Assembly (NCBI GenBank): GCA_963664815.2
Contig: CAXXHB010000002.1
Span: 288,001 to 352,000 of the forward strand
From: Spirochaetota bacterium
GTDB taxonomy: Bacteria; Spirochaetota; UBA4802; UBA5550
DNA: 64,000 bases
Direction: 5' to 3'
Within the stretch, counting starts at the first letter, position 1. Each line of letters begins with the position of its first letter. A model generated the notes under the pieces. That model did no database searches, was not told where the DNA came from, and worked only from the letters and a program-made list of their open reading frames with translations. Shown piece by piece: positions 20,946 through 29,640 of the stretch. The position numbers and the translations under genes are program-made.

Positions 20946-21533
20946 ATGGTATATGTACTTAAAAAGATGGGTTTAATAAATTATGATATTGTTGCAATTG
21001 ACGGTAGTAAAATTCAGGGATACGGGAGCAAAGAGTTTACAGGTAACATAAAGGAATTTAAAGAGCAGAAGAGACGTATAGAAAAAAAGATTTCAATACT
21101 TCTGAACAATACAACAAACGATATTTCGCTGCCGGAAAAGAAACTTAAGCGTTGGGAATATAATCTTGAAAAAATAACATCTTTTCTTGCTGACGTAGAA
21201 AATTCAGATAATAACGATTATGAACATACACGCATTAATCTGACAGACCGCAATGCAAGACTTTTGAAGGACAGTGGCCGAATTTATCTGGGTTATAACT
21301 GTCAGACAGCAGCCATTGGGGAAAATAATATAATTGTCGGGTACCAGGTAACTAATAATGCCAGTGACAAGTCTCAACTGGTCCCGATGATAGATGAAGT
21401 AAAAAAACATCAGAATGACCACAGCATTGAAATGAAAGTAGTCGTTGATGCGGGATACTTCACTTCCGAAAATATCGAATATGCAGAAGAAAATGCCATA
21501 ACAATTTCAGGGCAGGAACAGGATGAAGAGTAA
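20946..21533 (+). pseudogene. IS1182 transposase central fragment
   Basis: VAIDGSKI, NLTDRNARLLK, GYNCQTA and VVDAGYFT motifs; frameshifts on both sides. Confidence 0.85.
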
Positions 21534-21986
21534 ACTATTGAGTCCTGAAGGTAGAGCTATCTACAATAACCGGTCATGCATCATGGAACATGGAACATAT
21601 ATTCGGAGAAATAAAGGAGTATAAACATTTCCGGAGATTCTATCACCGTGGACTGGAAAAGGTTAACACAATATGGTCTCTTATCTGTATTGCTCATAAT
21701 TTCCGGAAGTTCGCCCGGCTGGAAGACAGATTATAATTAAATAAATTAAAATATTCCCAAAGACACACGATCTTCGGGATACATACAGGATTGTAAAAAT
21801 AAAATCAGAGGATATTCAGCCGATATTATTTTAAACTACGTATTTTTTTAATATGTTACTTTTGCGACAGACTCCTTTGTTATCGGCTGTTGACCCGCCC
21901 CTTATTATCTTTTTCGTATAAATTTGTTCAAGTGGAAAACGATGTCGAGCCTGAATAATTCAGATATAAATATTTTTGTAAATCTG

Positions 21987-22307
21987 CTATAATCCCATTT
22001 GCAAAGCTCTTTTAATAACAGGAGCAACTGTATCATTATTTATTTTATTATTTTTACAATATTCTGAATTTATCCAGTCTGATAATTTTTTAGTTCCTTT
22101 ACTTGAATTACATGCTGAACAACATCTGGCAATATTTTCTTTTGTAATAATAGTCTGGTCATTAATTATATGTTCCCACGTTGCAGCATTTTTCCTTGAT
22201 TCTCCTCGATTTACTTTTTCAACCATTTTAATCCCACAATAAACACAGTTCTTATCTCTTATAATTATTTCTTTCTCCATTTCTTCAGGAATATTCCATC
22301 TATTCAT
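21987..22307 (-). CDS. HNH endonuclease
   Basis: RDKNCVYCG...WEHI...NIARCCSACNSSKG. Confidence 0.88.
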   Translation of the reverse strand: MNRWNIPEEMEKEIIIRDKNCVYCGIKMVEKVNRGESRKNAATWEHIINDQTIITKENIARCCSACNSSKGTKKLSDWINSEYCKNNKINNDTVAPVIKRALQMGL

Positions 22308-22321
22308 GTATTAATTTCCTT

Positions 22322-22630
22322 TTATACAGAGTGAAATTCTTTTTCTAAGAACTCAACTCCAGTTTTATATGGATCATTTTGTTTCTTAAGAAACTCAATA
22401 TTTGTTTTGTATTGTTCTGGAAAATTTTTAAATTCTTCCGCCATACGTTTAACACCTGCTGGACATAGATAGGCTGGTGTATTTAATCCATTTATTCCTA
22501 AGGAGGAGATTTTTTCATCAAATAATTCTTCGGATACTTCAACGCCGAATAATGTTTTTACTGCTTTATTTGTTAATTGTATAAAATATGGAATTCTTAC
22601 TACTTTATATCTTAGATTTATAAAATCATC
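22322..22630 (-). pseudogene. 5'-truncated gene, possibly DUF559/Vsr-like nuclease C-terminus
   Basis: Open frame without start: FINLRYKVVRIPYFIQLTNKAVK...TPAYLCPAGVKRMAEEF...HSV*; cut at repeat copy B. Confidence 0.5.
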
Positions 22631-22750
22631 AGATTATTACTGCATGTTATTTCAAGGACCGGAAGAAAACGGTATTAAAATTCCTGTCTATATTTGTGCT
22701 GAGTATAAAAACGAAGCATGTTCTGCCCGATACCAGCAGCTTCGTTCAAC
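22621..22750. repeat. Dispersed ~140-bp repeat, copy B
   Basis: See copy A; 24-bp exact core at 22632-22655 matches 16615-16638. Confidence 0.85.
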
Positions 22751-22888
22751 AAAAGCCTTAAAATAGCTGTTGCCTGAAATTTCAAACATTCTGCTTAATA
22801 TTGTTATCCCGCTGATAAAGAATGGCAGTTTTTTTGGGGCAGCTACGTTAAGACTTCTATAACGTATATACAGAGCTCACCCCTGGCT

Positions 22889-23212
22889 TTATGCTTTTAA
22901 AATTATTATTTCTTCATTTTTTTTCTTTTTATCTAATGGAAATGCTTTTATTTCTATACCAAGTCCAAGATTATGAAGATATTCAATTAACGTTGAAATT
23001 TTCATATCTTTTCTCGTTTCCAGTTTTGATACACTTGATTGAGAAAAAGATTTTATATCTTCTTGTCTTATTCCTCTTTTTTCTCTAATTTCAGAAAGAC
23101 GAATCTGTAATATTTCTTTTTCTGCTTCTTTGTATGCTTTTTTAATTCTCTTTTCTGGTAATGTAGAAGCTAATTCATCAATGAAATCATTTTTCTTTTT
23201 TGTTGTTTTCAT
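22889..23212 (-). CDS. HigA-type XRE antitoxin
   Basis: LSEIREKRG...SQSSVSKLETRKDMKISTLIEY. Confidence 0.85.
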   Translation of the reverse strand: MKTTKKKNDFIDELASTLPEKRIKKAYKEAEKEILQIRLSEIREKRGIRQEDIKSFSQSSVSKLETRKDMKISTLIEYLHNLGLGIEIKAFPLDKKKKNEEIIILKA

Positions 23213-23558
23213 TTGTTTTCCTCCTGAATTTTATGTGGTCGTTATAAAGATTATCAGCGATTGGAATCATTTTCTCATAAAATCTTTTATCACCGCGTTT
23301 ATCTCCTCCAATCAGAAGAATTGCTTTTTGATCTAAATCAAATACAAAAAATATTCGAAATAACCTCATTTTGTTTTGAGCCCGTAATTCTTTCATGTTT
23401 TTATGTCGGCTTTGTTTTATGGTACCAACATATGGTCTTCCGAGATTAGGTCCAATCTCTTTTAAAATAATAAGATTTTTCAATATAGCTTCACGAGCAT
23501 CATCATCAAGAGCGGTTGTCAATTCGGCTAATTGATCTGTTCTTTCTTTTTCCCACAT
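23187..23558 (-). CDS. RelE/HigB (Gp49-like) toxin
   Basis: GPNLGRPY, SRHKNMKELR and AILLIGGDKRGDKRFY motifs; TTGATG-17-CATATT 6 nt before the ATG. Confidence 0.85.
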   Translation of the reverse strand: MWEKERTDQLAELTTALDDDAREAILKNLIILKEIGPNLGRPYVGTIKQSRHKNMKELRAQNKMRLFRIFFVFDLDQKAILLIGGDKRGDKRFYEKMIPIADNLYNDHIKFRRKTNENNKKEK

Positions 23559-23646
23559 GTGAACAATATGATCTGTATTTGTTATGACATCAAGTGAATA
23601 TTACCTTAAGTGCATATTATTTTAACTCTTAAAGTATTATGAAATA

Positions 23647-23916
23647 CTACAAATTCAGCAGCACGACGGGGAGCCCTGGTAAATATCTTTTTACTTCATC
23701 TTTCAGTTCCCTTATGAACGATGATATAATCGTAAAATCAGGTGATCTGTCTGTATTCTCCGACATTTTCAAAAGGTTTGCGATAAAGCCCGTGGCATCC
23801 CATATATCTGAATTATCATTGGATCTTGTATTATAAACCCATGAAGGTAAGTTAGTATTTAATCTGAGCCATGAATATATTGCCCTCAATTTATTATGAA
23901 TTTCATATTCAAGCAT
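23647..23916 (-). CDS. Hypothetical protein, possibly truncated
   Basis: 89-aa ORF starting 9 nt after the YhcG stop; no recognisable motif. Confidence 0.35.
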   Translation of the reverse strand: MLEYEIHNKLRAIYSWLRLNTNLPSWVYNTRSNDNSDIWDATGFIANLLKMSENTDRSPDFTIISSFIRELKDEVKRYLPGLPVVLLNL

Positions 23917-23925
23917 TATTAATAA

Positions 23926-24960
23926 CTATAATCCCTCAAGTTCTGCTTCAATCTCTTCAATAGATGGAAGACTTGATTTCAACTGTTCCGGCAATGATTC
24001 AGTTAACCGGTATTCCGATACACCAATAGGCTTATTGATGTCACTGAGCGCATACTCAGCCACAAGCTTATCCCGCTTTTTGCAAATTATTATTCCGATA
24101 GTGGGGGTATCCTGTTCTGTACGAAACTGGGTATCTACTGCCTTAATGTAGAAGTTCAGCTTTTCCGCGTGTTCAGGTTCAAATTCAATAGTTTTGAGCT
24201 CAATTACGATGTAACAGTGGAGTTTGATATGATAAAAAAGGAGATCAATGAAAAACTCACGTTCTCCCACCTGTAGGGGAACCTGACGGCCGATATAGGC
24301 AAAACCAGCACCAAGTTCAAGTAGAAATCTCGAAACGTGATCAACCAGGCTGGTTTCAAGATCCCTCTCTGTAAAATCTGATGTAAGAGAGAGAAAATCA
24401 AATACATAGGGATCCTTGACAGTCTGCTGCGCCAAATCTGATATTGGCTCCGGAAGAGTGGCAGGGAAATTGCTTATACTTTTGCCCTCACGGTTTATCA
24501 GGCCGCTCTCTATCTGATGGACAAGAACGCTGCGGCTCCAGCCATGTTCAATTATTTTGCTAACGTAATAAGATGCATCATTCAGATTTTTACATTTAGT
24601 GATTATTACTATGTTGTGACCCCAGGGAATCTGCTTAATTTGTGCAACAAGCTGTTGCCCAATTGATACTCCCTGGTTATAAAAAAGATACCACTGCCTG
24701 ATATATTTTAAATTCCTTTCTGAAAACCCTTTCATGTACGGAAACTCAGAGGATAAATCCCTGCTTAGTTGTGTTAAAAAACCATCCCCCCAGGAATGCT
24801 GAGATTGTTGACGAACTATTTCTGCACCGAGATCCCAATACAGCTGAAGAAGTTCAACATTAACCTGGACAGCTGCCTTGAGCCGGGAAGAGCGGACTTT
24901 TTGTTTAAGAGATAAAAGCCAGTCTTTATATTCTTTATCAATAGAGATATCTGAATTCAT
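23926..24960 (-). CDS. YhcG/DUF1016 PD-(D/E)XK nuclease-domain protein
   Basis: LYWDLG, FSERNLKYIRQW, IPWGHN, KDPYVFDFL, LLELGAGFAY and IDLLFYH...IELK motifs. Confidence 0.92.
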   Translation of the reverse strand: MNSDISIDKEYKDWLLSLKQKVRSSRLKAAVQVNVELLQLYWDLGAEIVRQQSQHSWGDGFLTQLSRDLSSEFPYMKGFSERNLKYIRQWYLFYNQGVSIGQQLVAQIKQIPWGHNIVIITKCKNLNDASYYVSKIIEHGWSRSVLVHQIESGLINREGKSISNFPATLPEPISDLAQQTVKDPYVFDFLSLTSDFTERDLETSLVDHVSRFLLELGAGFAYIGRQVPLQVGEREFFIDLLFYHIKLHCYIVIELKTIEFEPEHAEKLNFYIKAVDTQFRTEQDTPTIGIIICKKRDKLVAEYALSDINKPIGVSEYRLTESLPEQLKSSLPSIEEIEAELEGL

Positions 24961-25605
24961 AATTATTTGTCAATACCCACGACCCTGAAATATCCATAAT
25001 CAAAATTTTAACTCTCAGCTAACTGTTGTATTTCTATCAAATCTTCTGAATCTCATCTACTGTCTTTTTCCTGTCTGCATCTTTAAAACGTTTGAGACTC
25101 TCTTCCGTTGAAATTACTACCTGCCGGTGAAGGTCGGGGGATTCAAAATCATCAACTGCATTAAGTATGGGATTGAATATTGCATTGATTTTTTATATTT
25201 TGTTTTATCAGCTTTTTACAAGATCCTTTCATATGCGGAAATTCCGCATCTGCTTTTCTTTTTTGAAAAGAGAGTTAACCCTCAGAAAACATTATACCGA
25301 AGCTCTGGAATTTACTTTACATACTGAATTTATCAAAAGACTTTAAATGTATCTTTCCTGATAATAATTTTTCAATACGCCCTTTTAAAATTAAAATTTA
25401 CGCTTCGCACAAATGTTAAAAAGCTTTTCCTTTGATTATTACTTACAGCCATCAAAAAAAATAAGTCAAGACCTTTATCAATTCTGAAATTTGAAAATTT
25501 TTCAAATCGATTTAACCTGTTTAACAAATTCCTTAAAATTGAATGTTATCAATATGCCCGCACCAGCTTCGGAACCGTTTTTTCCGGTTTTTTAAACTAC
25601 CCCGT

Positions 25606-25646
25606 TCCCCGAGTGTTTCGAGTGAAACGAGAAATGTACCGAGGGG
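25606..25646. repeat. REP-like hairpin element
   Basis: CCCCGAGTGTTTCGAGTGAAACGAGAAATGTACCGAGGGG imperfect inverted repeat. Confidence 0.45.
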
Positions 25647-25884
25647 ATCACTACAGGAAAACTGTTTTCTGAAATCTATAAATAATATTATTCGTCTGAA
25701 CACGATTATGGGATTAAGAGATTAACTGGATTACCAGTGAATAAGCGTACCGTACACCAACGTACTTACATCGTGCATCAGCTGATTCAGATTCAAATTC
25801 ACTGCAGATTTAAGACAAAAGCCCGACTCTCTTTACAGAAAAGTCAGTTTCCCTTCAATTTCGCCTCAAACACGTTACATACAG

Positions 25885-26424
25885 CTATAAACGCGCGTTT
25901 TTCTCTGTCGGTAACGGAGTTGAAACGGTATTGAAACGGTTTTTAACAGGGTCTACATACTGCTTAAGTCCTGTTTTAACAGCTTCACCTCTGTCTTTTA
26001 CTGCATTAATATTACTCTGTCCATCTGCTGATCTGCTGTTTGCTGAATAGTAACCGGCATATTCCGTAATTTCACCGGAGGCAGATACAACCACAGCATC
26101 CCCTGTTCCGCCGCTTCCCGATGGAGTAACAGGTGAACCTGGTGCAATGCCGCGAAGATATTCAGACATAAAAAGGTTATACCCTGACTTTCTCTTCCTC
26201 TTTGCCCTGTTTCTGTAGAGAGCTTTCTCCTCTTCCGGAAGAACCTGCCATGCCTTAACACCGCCGCCAAAATTACCCCTGCATTTCACCTGCGGTTCAG
26301 TACGCGGATTGGAGGGAATTGTGCGTGCTTTAATGTAGATTTTACCATAGCGTCTGTAAAGAACAAGTCCATCCAGACCACCATGCGCAGTTCTTAAATA
26401 GGGATGAAGCTTAACTTTTGCCAT
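25885..26424 (-). CDS. Basic hypothetical protein, putative DNA-binding
   Basis: GGAG RBS; MAKVKL...PSNPRTEPQ...AWQVLPEEEKALYRNRAK...SGYNLFMSEYL, then a low-complexity tail. Confidence 0.75.
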   Translation of the reverse strand: MAKVKLHPYLRTAHGGLDGLVLYRRYGKIYIKARTIPSNPRTEPQVKCRGNFGGGVKAWQVLPEEEKALYRNRAKRKRKSGYNLFMSEYLRGIAPGSPVTPSGSGGTGDAVVVSASGEITEYAGYYSANSRSADGQSNINAVKDRGEAVKTGLKQYVDPVKNRFNTVSTPLPTEKNARL

Positions 26425-26580
26425 AGATATACACTCCTTTATTGCTGTTATATTTATCGTTATTTATATAGAAACTTATGTCTCTAATAACCAGTGCGGA
26501 AAAACAAATGACATGGGGCAAGCAGAATTTTTAAAAATTTTATATGTTAAAAACCCAGATTTATCAAAGGAGATATTTTG

Positions 26581-26870
26581 CCTTGCCCCTTCAGGGCGCC
26601 CGAGCGTAGTGACAAAGTACCCTTGGGGTAGGTGCGGGGGCTTATGGTACAGGTAAATTTACCAGATGATGTACTCGACAGACCGAAGTGTGCGGGGTCT
26701 TAAAAGTCCAGGCTGGTAAGGTATACTATACAGACAGTGTGTACTCAATGATTAATGATTAAAAACCCCCTTAACAAGGGGGTTGGCCGTCAGGCCGGGG
26801 GAGTTTTTCCATGTTACACCACATTCCATACAACATCAAAGGGGATTGCCCGGAGGTGCGGGGGCCGATT
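26581..26870. repeat. Cluster of GC-rich REP-like hairpins
   Basis: GCCCCTTCAGGGC, TACCCTTGGGGTA, AACCCCCTTAACAAGGGGGTT and GGCCGTCAGGCC in AT-rich intergenic DNA. Confidence 0.5.
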
Positions 26871-27136
26871 GTATTTAAACGAACTTTCGCAGAAAAATGT
26901 GACATATTTTTTGAAAAACACTACAAAATACAATTTTCCATCCCTATAATAACATATAATATCATCTTTTCAGATATTCCGGGCGGTTGTTATAACAATT
27001 AATAAACCGCATTAAAATTCTTATTGAATTTTACGCTTTTAAAAAAGTATAATGCAGATGTAGTCATTTAATGTTTCAAAGAATGATTGCTTATTAAAAG
27101 TGCAATTAATTATTAAAATTAAAAAGGAGAGTTGTA

Positions 27137-27943
27137 ATGAGAAACAAAATGGTTAAACTTCTATCCCTGTTTATCGCAGTAATATTCCTGTCAGCAGGCT
27201 GCGGTAAAGATAACACAAAGGATAAATCTCTTGCCCAGATCAAGGCAAAGGGTGTTTTCGTTGTCGGTCTTGACGACCAGTTTCCTCCAATGGGTTTCCG
27301 CGGACAGAATAACAATGAAATTATCGGTTTTGATATCGACCTCGCAAAAGAAGCGGCCAAAAGACTTGGCGTTCAGGTTCAGTTCAAACCTGTGGCATGG
27401 GATGGAATAATTCTCAGCCTCAACAAAGGGGACATTGATGTTGTATGGAACGGAATGACAATTACTGACGAAAGAAAACAGAAAATTGAATTCTCAAAAC
27501 CGTATCTCAAAAACAGACAGATAATCATGGTTACTATTGACAGCACATTGAGTAAAATTGATATGCTCAAAGGGAAAAAAGTCGGCCTCCAGCTTGGAAG
27601 CAGCAGCGAAACAGCTCTTAATACAAAACCTGATCTTGTAAAACAGCTGAAAGAGGTCAAGAAATATGAAAACAATACACTAGCACTTATGGACCTGGCA
27701 GCCAAGAGAATCGATGCGGTTGTAATCGATGAAATCGTCGGCAGATGGAACATGGCTAAAAAACCGGGCGTTTATAAGGTTTTCGAAGAAGATATGGGGA
27801 ATGAACTTTACGGTGTCGGTATCAGAAAAAATGATGTTACCTTTAAAGAAGCGCTGGACAAAGTTCTTGATGAAATCAAAAGTGACAAGTCCGGCGAAGA
27901 GATATCAAAAAAATGGTTTGGTGAGAATATAATTCTTAAATAA
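27137..27943 (+). CDS. Polar amino-acid ABC transporter substrate-binding lipoprotein
   Basis: Lipobox LSAG-C, FPPMGF, GFDIDLA, NGMTITDER. Confidence 0.93.
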   Translation: MRNKMVKLLSLFIAVIFLSAGCGKDNTKDKSLAQIKAKGVFVVGLDDQFPPMGFRGQNNNEIIGFDIDLAKEAAKRLGVQVQFKPVAWDGIILSLNKGDIDVVWNGMTITDERKQKIEFSKPYLKNRQIIMVTIDSTLSKIDMLKGKKVGLQLGSSSETALNTKPDLVKQLKEVKKYENNTLALMDLAAKRIDAVVIDEIVGRWNMAKKPGVYKVFEEDMGNELYGVGIRKNDVTFKEALDKVLDEIKSDKSGEEISKKWFGENIILK

Positions 27944-27946
27944 CTT

Positions 27947-28600
27947 ATGGAACAATATATACAATATGTCATAGATTCTTCAGCTTTTATCCTCAAGGGG
28001 AGCGTTTTAACAGTTAAACTCTATTTTGTTACAATACTGTTTTCGATCCCCCTGGGGATTATTCTCGCCCTTATGAAAATTTCGAAATTCAGGCTTATGA
28101 GAATTTCAATAGGATTTTACACCTGGGTGTTCAGAGGAACACCCCTTCTTTTGCAGTTATTTTTCGTATATTACGGCCTTCCAATCTTCGGTATATCACT
28201 CTCTGATTTTACAGCTGCTTCGCTTACTTTCGTAATAAACTACTCTGCCTATCTTACCGAGATTTACAGGGCGGGGATCGAATCAATCGATAAAGGGCAG
28301 TATGAGGCATCAAAAGCGCTGAACATGAACTATTTTCAGACAATGAAAAGAATAATACTCCCGCAGGTTGTAAGAAGAACAATTCCTCCGACATGCAATG
28401 AAGCAATAACCCTTGTAAAAGATACAGCTCTGGTTGTTGTAATTGGAATGGGGGATCTTTTAAGATCGGCAAAGGAGCTGTTTGCCAGGGATTTTGCCAT
28501 AACCCCTTTTGCTATTGCCGCAATAGTATACCTCCTTATGACCACGGTAATAGTTTATTTTTTCCGTAAAATTGAAATCAAGTATTCCATATACGAGTAA
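27947..28600 (+). CDS. Amino-acid ABC transporter permease
   Basis: FRGTPLLLQL, AYLTEIYRAGI..IDKGQYEA and LVKDTAL motifs. Confidence 0.93.
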   Translation: MEQYIQYVIDSSAFILKGSVLTVKLYFVTILFSIPLGIILALMKISKFRLMRISIGFYTWVFRGTPLLLQLFFVYYGLPIFGISLSDFTAASLTFVINYSAYLTEIYRAGIESIDKGQYEASKALNMNYFQTMKRIILPQVVRRTIPPTCNEAITLVKDTALVVVIGMGDLLRSAKELFARDFAITPFAIAAIVYLLMTTVIVYFFRKIEIKYSIYE

Positions 28601-28613
28601 TCAGGATTAATAC

Positions 28614-29393
28614 ATGAAAATGATCCAGGCCGGCAGTCTTTATAAATCTTTCGGAGCACACCAGGTTCTTGATAATGTAAACTTCGAAGTCAATAAGGGT
28701 GAAGTAATTGTTATTATCGGACCCTCCGGGTCTGGAAAAAGCACCCTGTTACGATGCTTTAACGGCCTTGAAGAGATAGATTCAGGCACTATTACAATTG
28801 AAGGTGAAGTATTTGCAAAAAAAGATAAAGGAAAAAAAGATTCAATAAATTCAAAAGCGAAGAAAGAGATTGCCAAAAAGCTTGGAATGGTTTTCCAGCA
28901 TTTTAATCTCTTCCCGCACAGAACAGTTCTTGAAAATGTAATAGAAGCGCCGGTCACTGTTTCAGGAATGAAAAAAAATGACGCAGTTGTGATGGGGGAA
29001 GCCCTTCTTGAAAAAGTAGGACTCTCCGATAAAAAAAACTCCTTCCCTTCCAAAATCTCCGGAGGGCAAAAACAGCGCGTTGCTATTGCACGCGCCCTTG
29101 GCATGAACCCGGATATAATGCTTTTTGACGAGCCGACATCCTCCCTCGACCCCGAGCTGGTAGGTGAAGTCCAGAAGGTTATTATTGACCTTGCACGTGA
29201 GAAGATGACAATGCTGATTGTAACCCATGAGATGAGATTCGCGGCTGAAGTCGCCGACAGGATTATTTTTATGGATGAAGGTAAAATTATAGCGGATGAA
29301 GAACCGCATAAAATTTTCAATAATCCGGAACATCCCCGGATAATCACATTCATAGACAAGATTACGATGAGACAATTTAACAGACAGGATTAA
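28614..29393 (+). CDS. Amino-acid ABC transporter ATPase (GlnQ-like)
   Basis: GPSGSGKS, ISGGQKQR, FDEPTSSLDPE and VTHEM motifs. Confidence 0.95.
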   Translation: MKMIQAGSLYKSFGAHQVLDNVNFEVNKGEVIVIIGPSGSGKSTLLRCFNGLEEIDSGTITIEGEVFAKKDKGKKDSINSKAKKEIAKKLGMVFQHFNLFPHRTVLENVIEAPVTVSGMKKNDAVVMGEALLEKVGLSDKKNSFPSKISGGQKQRVAIARALGMNPDIMLFDEPTSSLDPELVGEVQKVIIDLAREKMTMLIVTHEMRFAAEVADRIIFMDEGKIIADEEPHKIFNNPEHPRIITFIDKITMRQFNRQD

Positions 29394-29516
29394 CTCTTTT
29401 AGTATATATCAGGGTTTCCCTTAATCCGAAATAATCATTTTCCCTAATTGACTTATTCCACAGAAAATGCATAATCAAAACACCATTAAGTTGTATCATA
29501 TTCATGATTTTCTCTC

Positions 29517-29550
29517 GACCCCCGAAATATTGTTTTGGGGGTTTTTTTTA
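29517..29550 (+). terminator. Rho-independent terminator
   Basis: GACCCCCGAAA...TTTTGGGGGTT stem followed by a T-run. Confidence 0.65.
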
Positions 29551-29640
29551 TTGCGCTAATCCCGTGACATACAGATACTATCTGTATGTATAATCTGTTT
29601 TTTTATCATTCATACAACATCACACTGCGGGAGAAAAAAT

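Larger units (their letters stand above)
19233..21874 (+). mobile_element. IS1182-family element, decayed and interrupted by IS3
   Basis: IRs GAGTCTAACGCAAAA / TTTTGCGACAGACTC; transposase from ATG 19320 MNARYHSYTPDQLFI|VQINPEE, SSREIE, DHSTICRF, AIDGSKI, GYNCQ, DAGY. Confidence 0.85.

Noticed and set aside
25124-25148. tRNA-3'-end-like string on the minus strand (TTTGAATCCCCCGACCTTCACCG) as an island att site
   Set aside because: No TTCG T-loop, no CCA, no 5' T-stem partner and no second copy in the window.
25614-25629. TGTTTCGAGTGAAACG as a third parS
   Set aside because: The central CACGTG is broken; it is better explained as part of a REP-like hairpin.
28640-29359. 239-aa antisense ORF and many other short overlapping ORFs in the track
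   Set aside because: They are shadows of well-supported genes on the opposite strand or frame.
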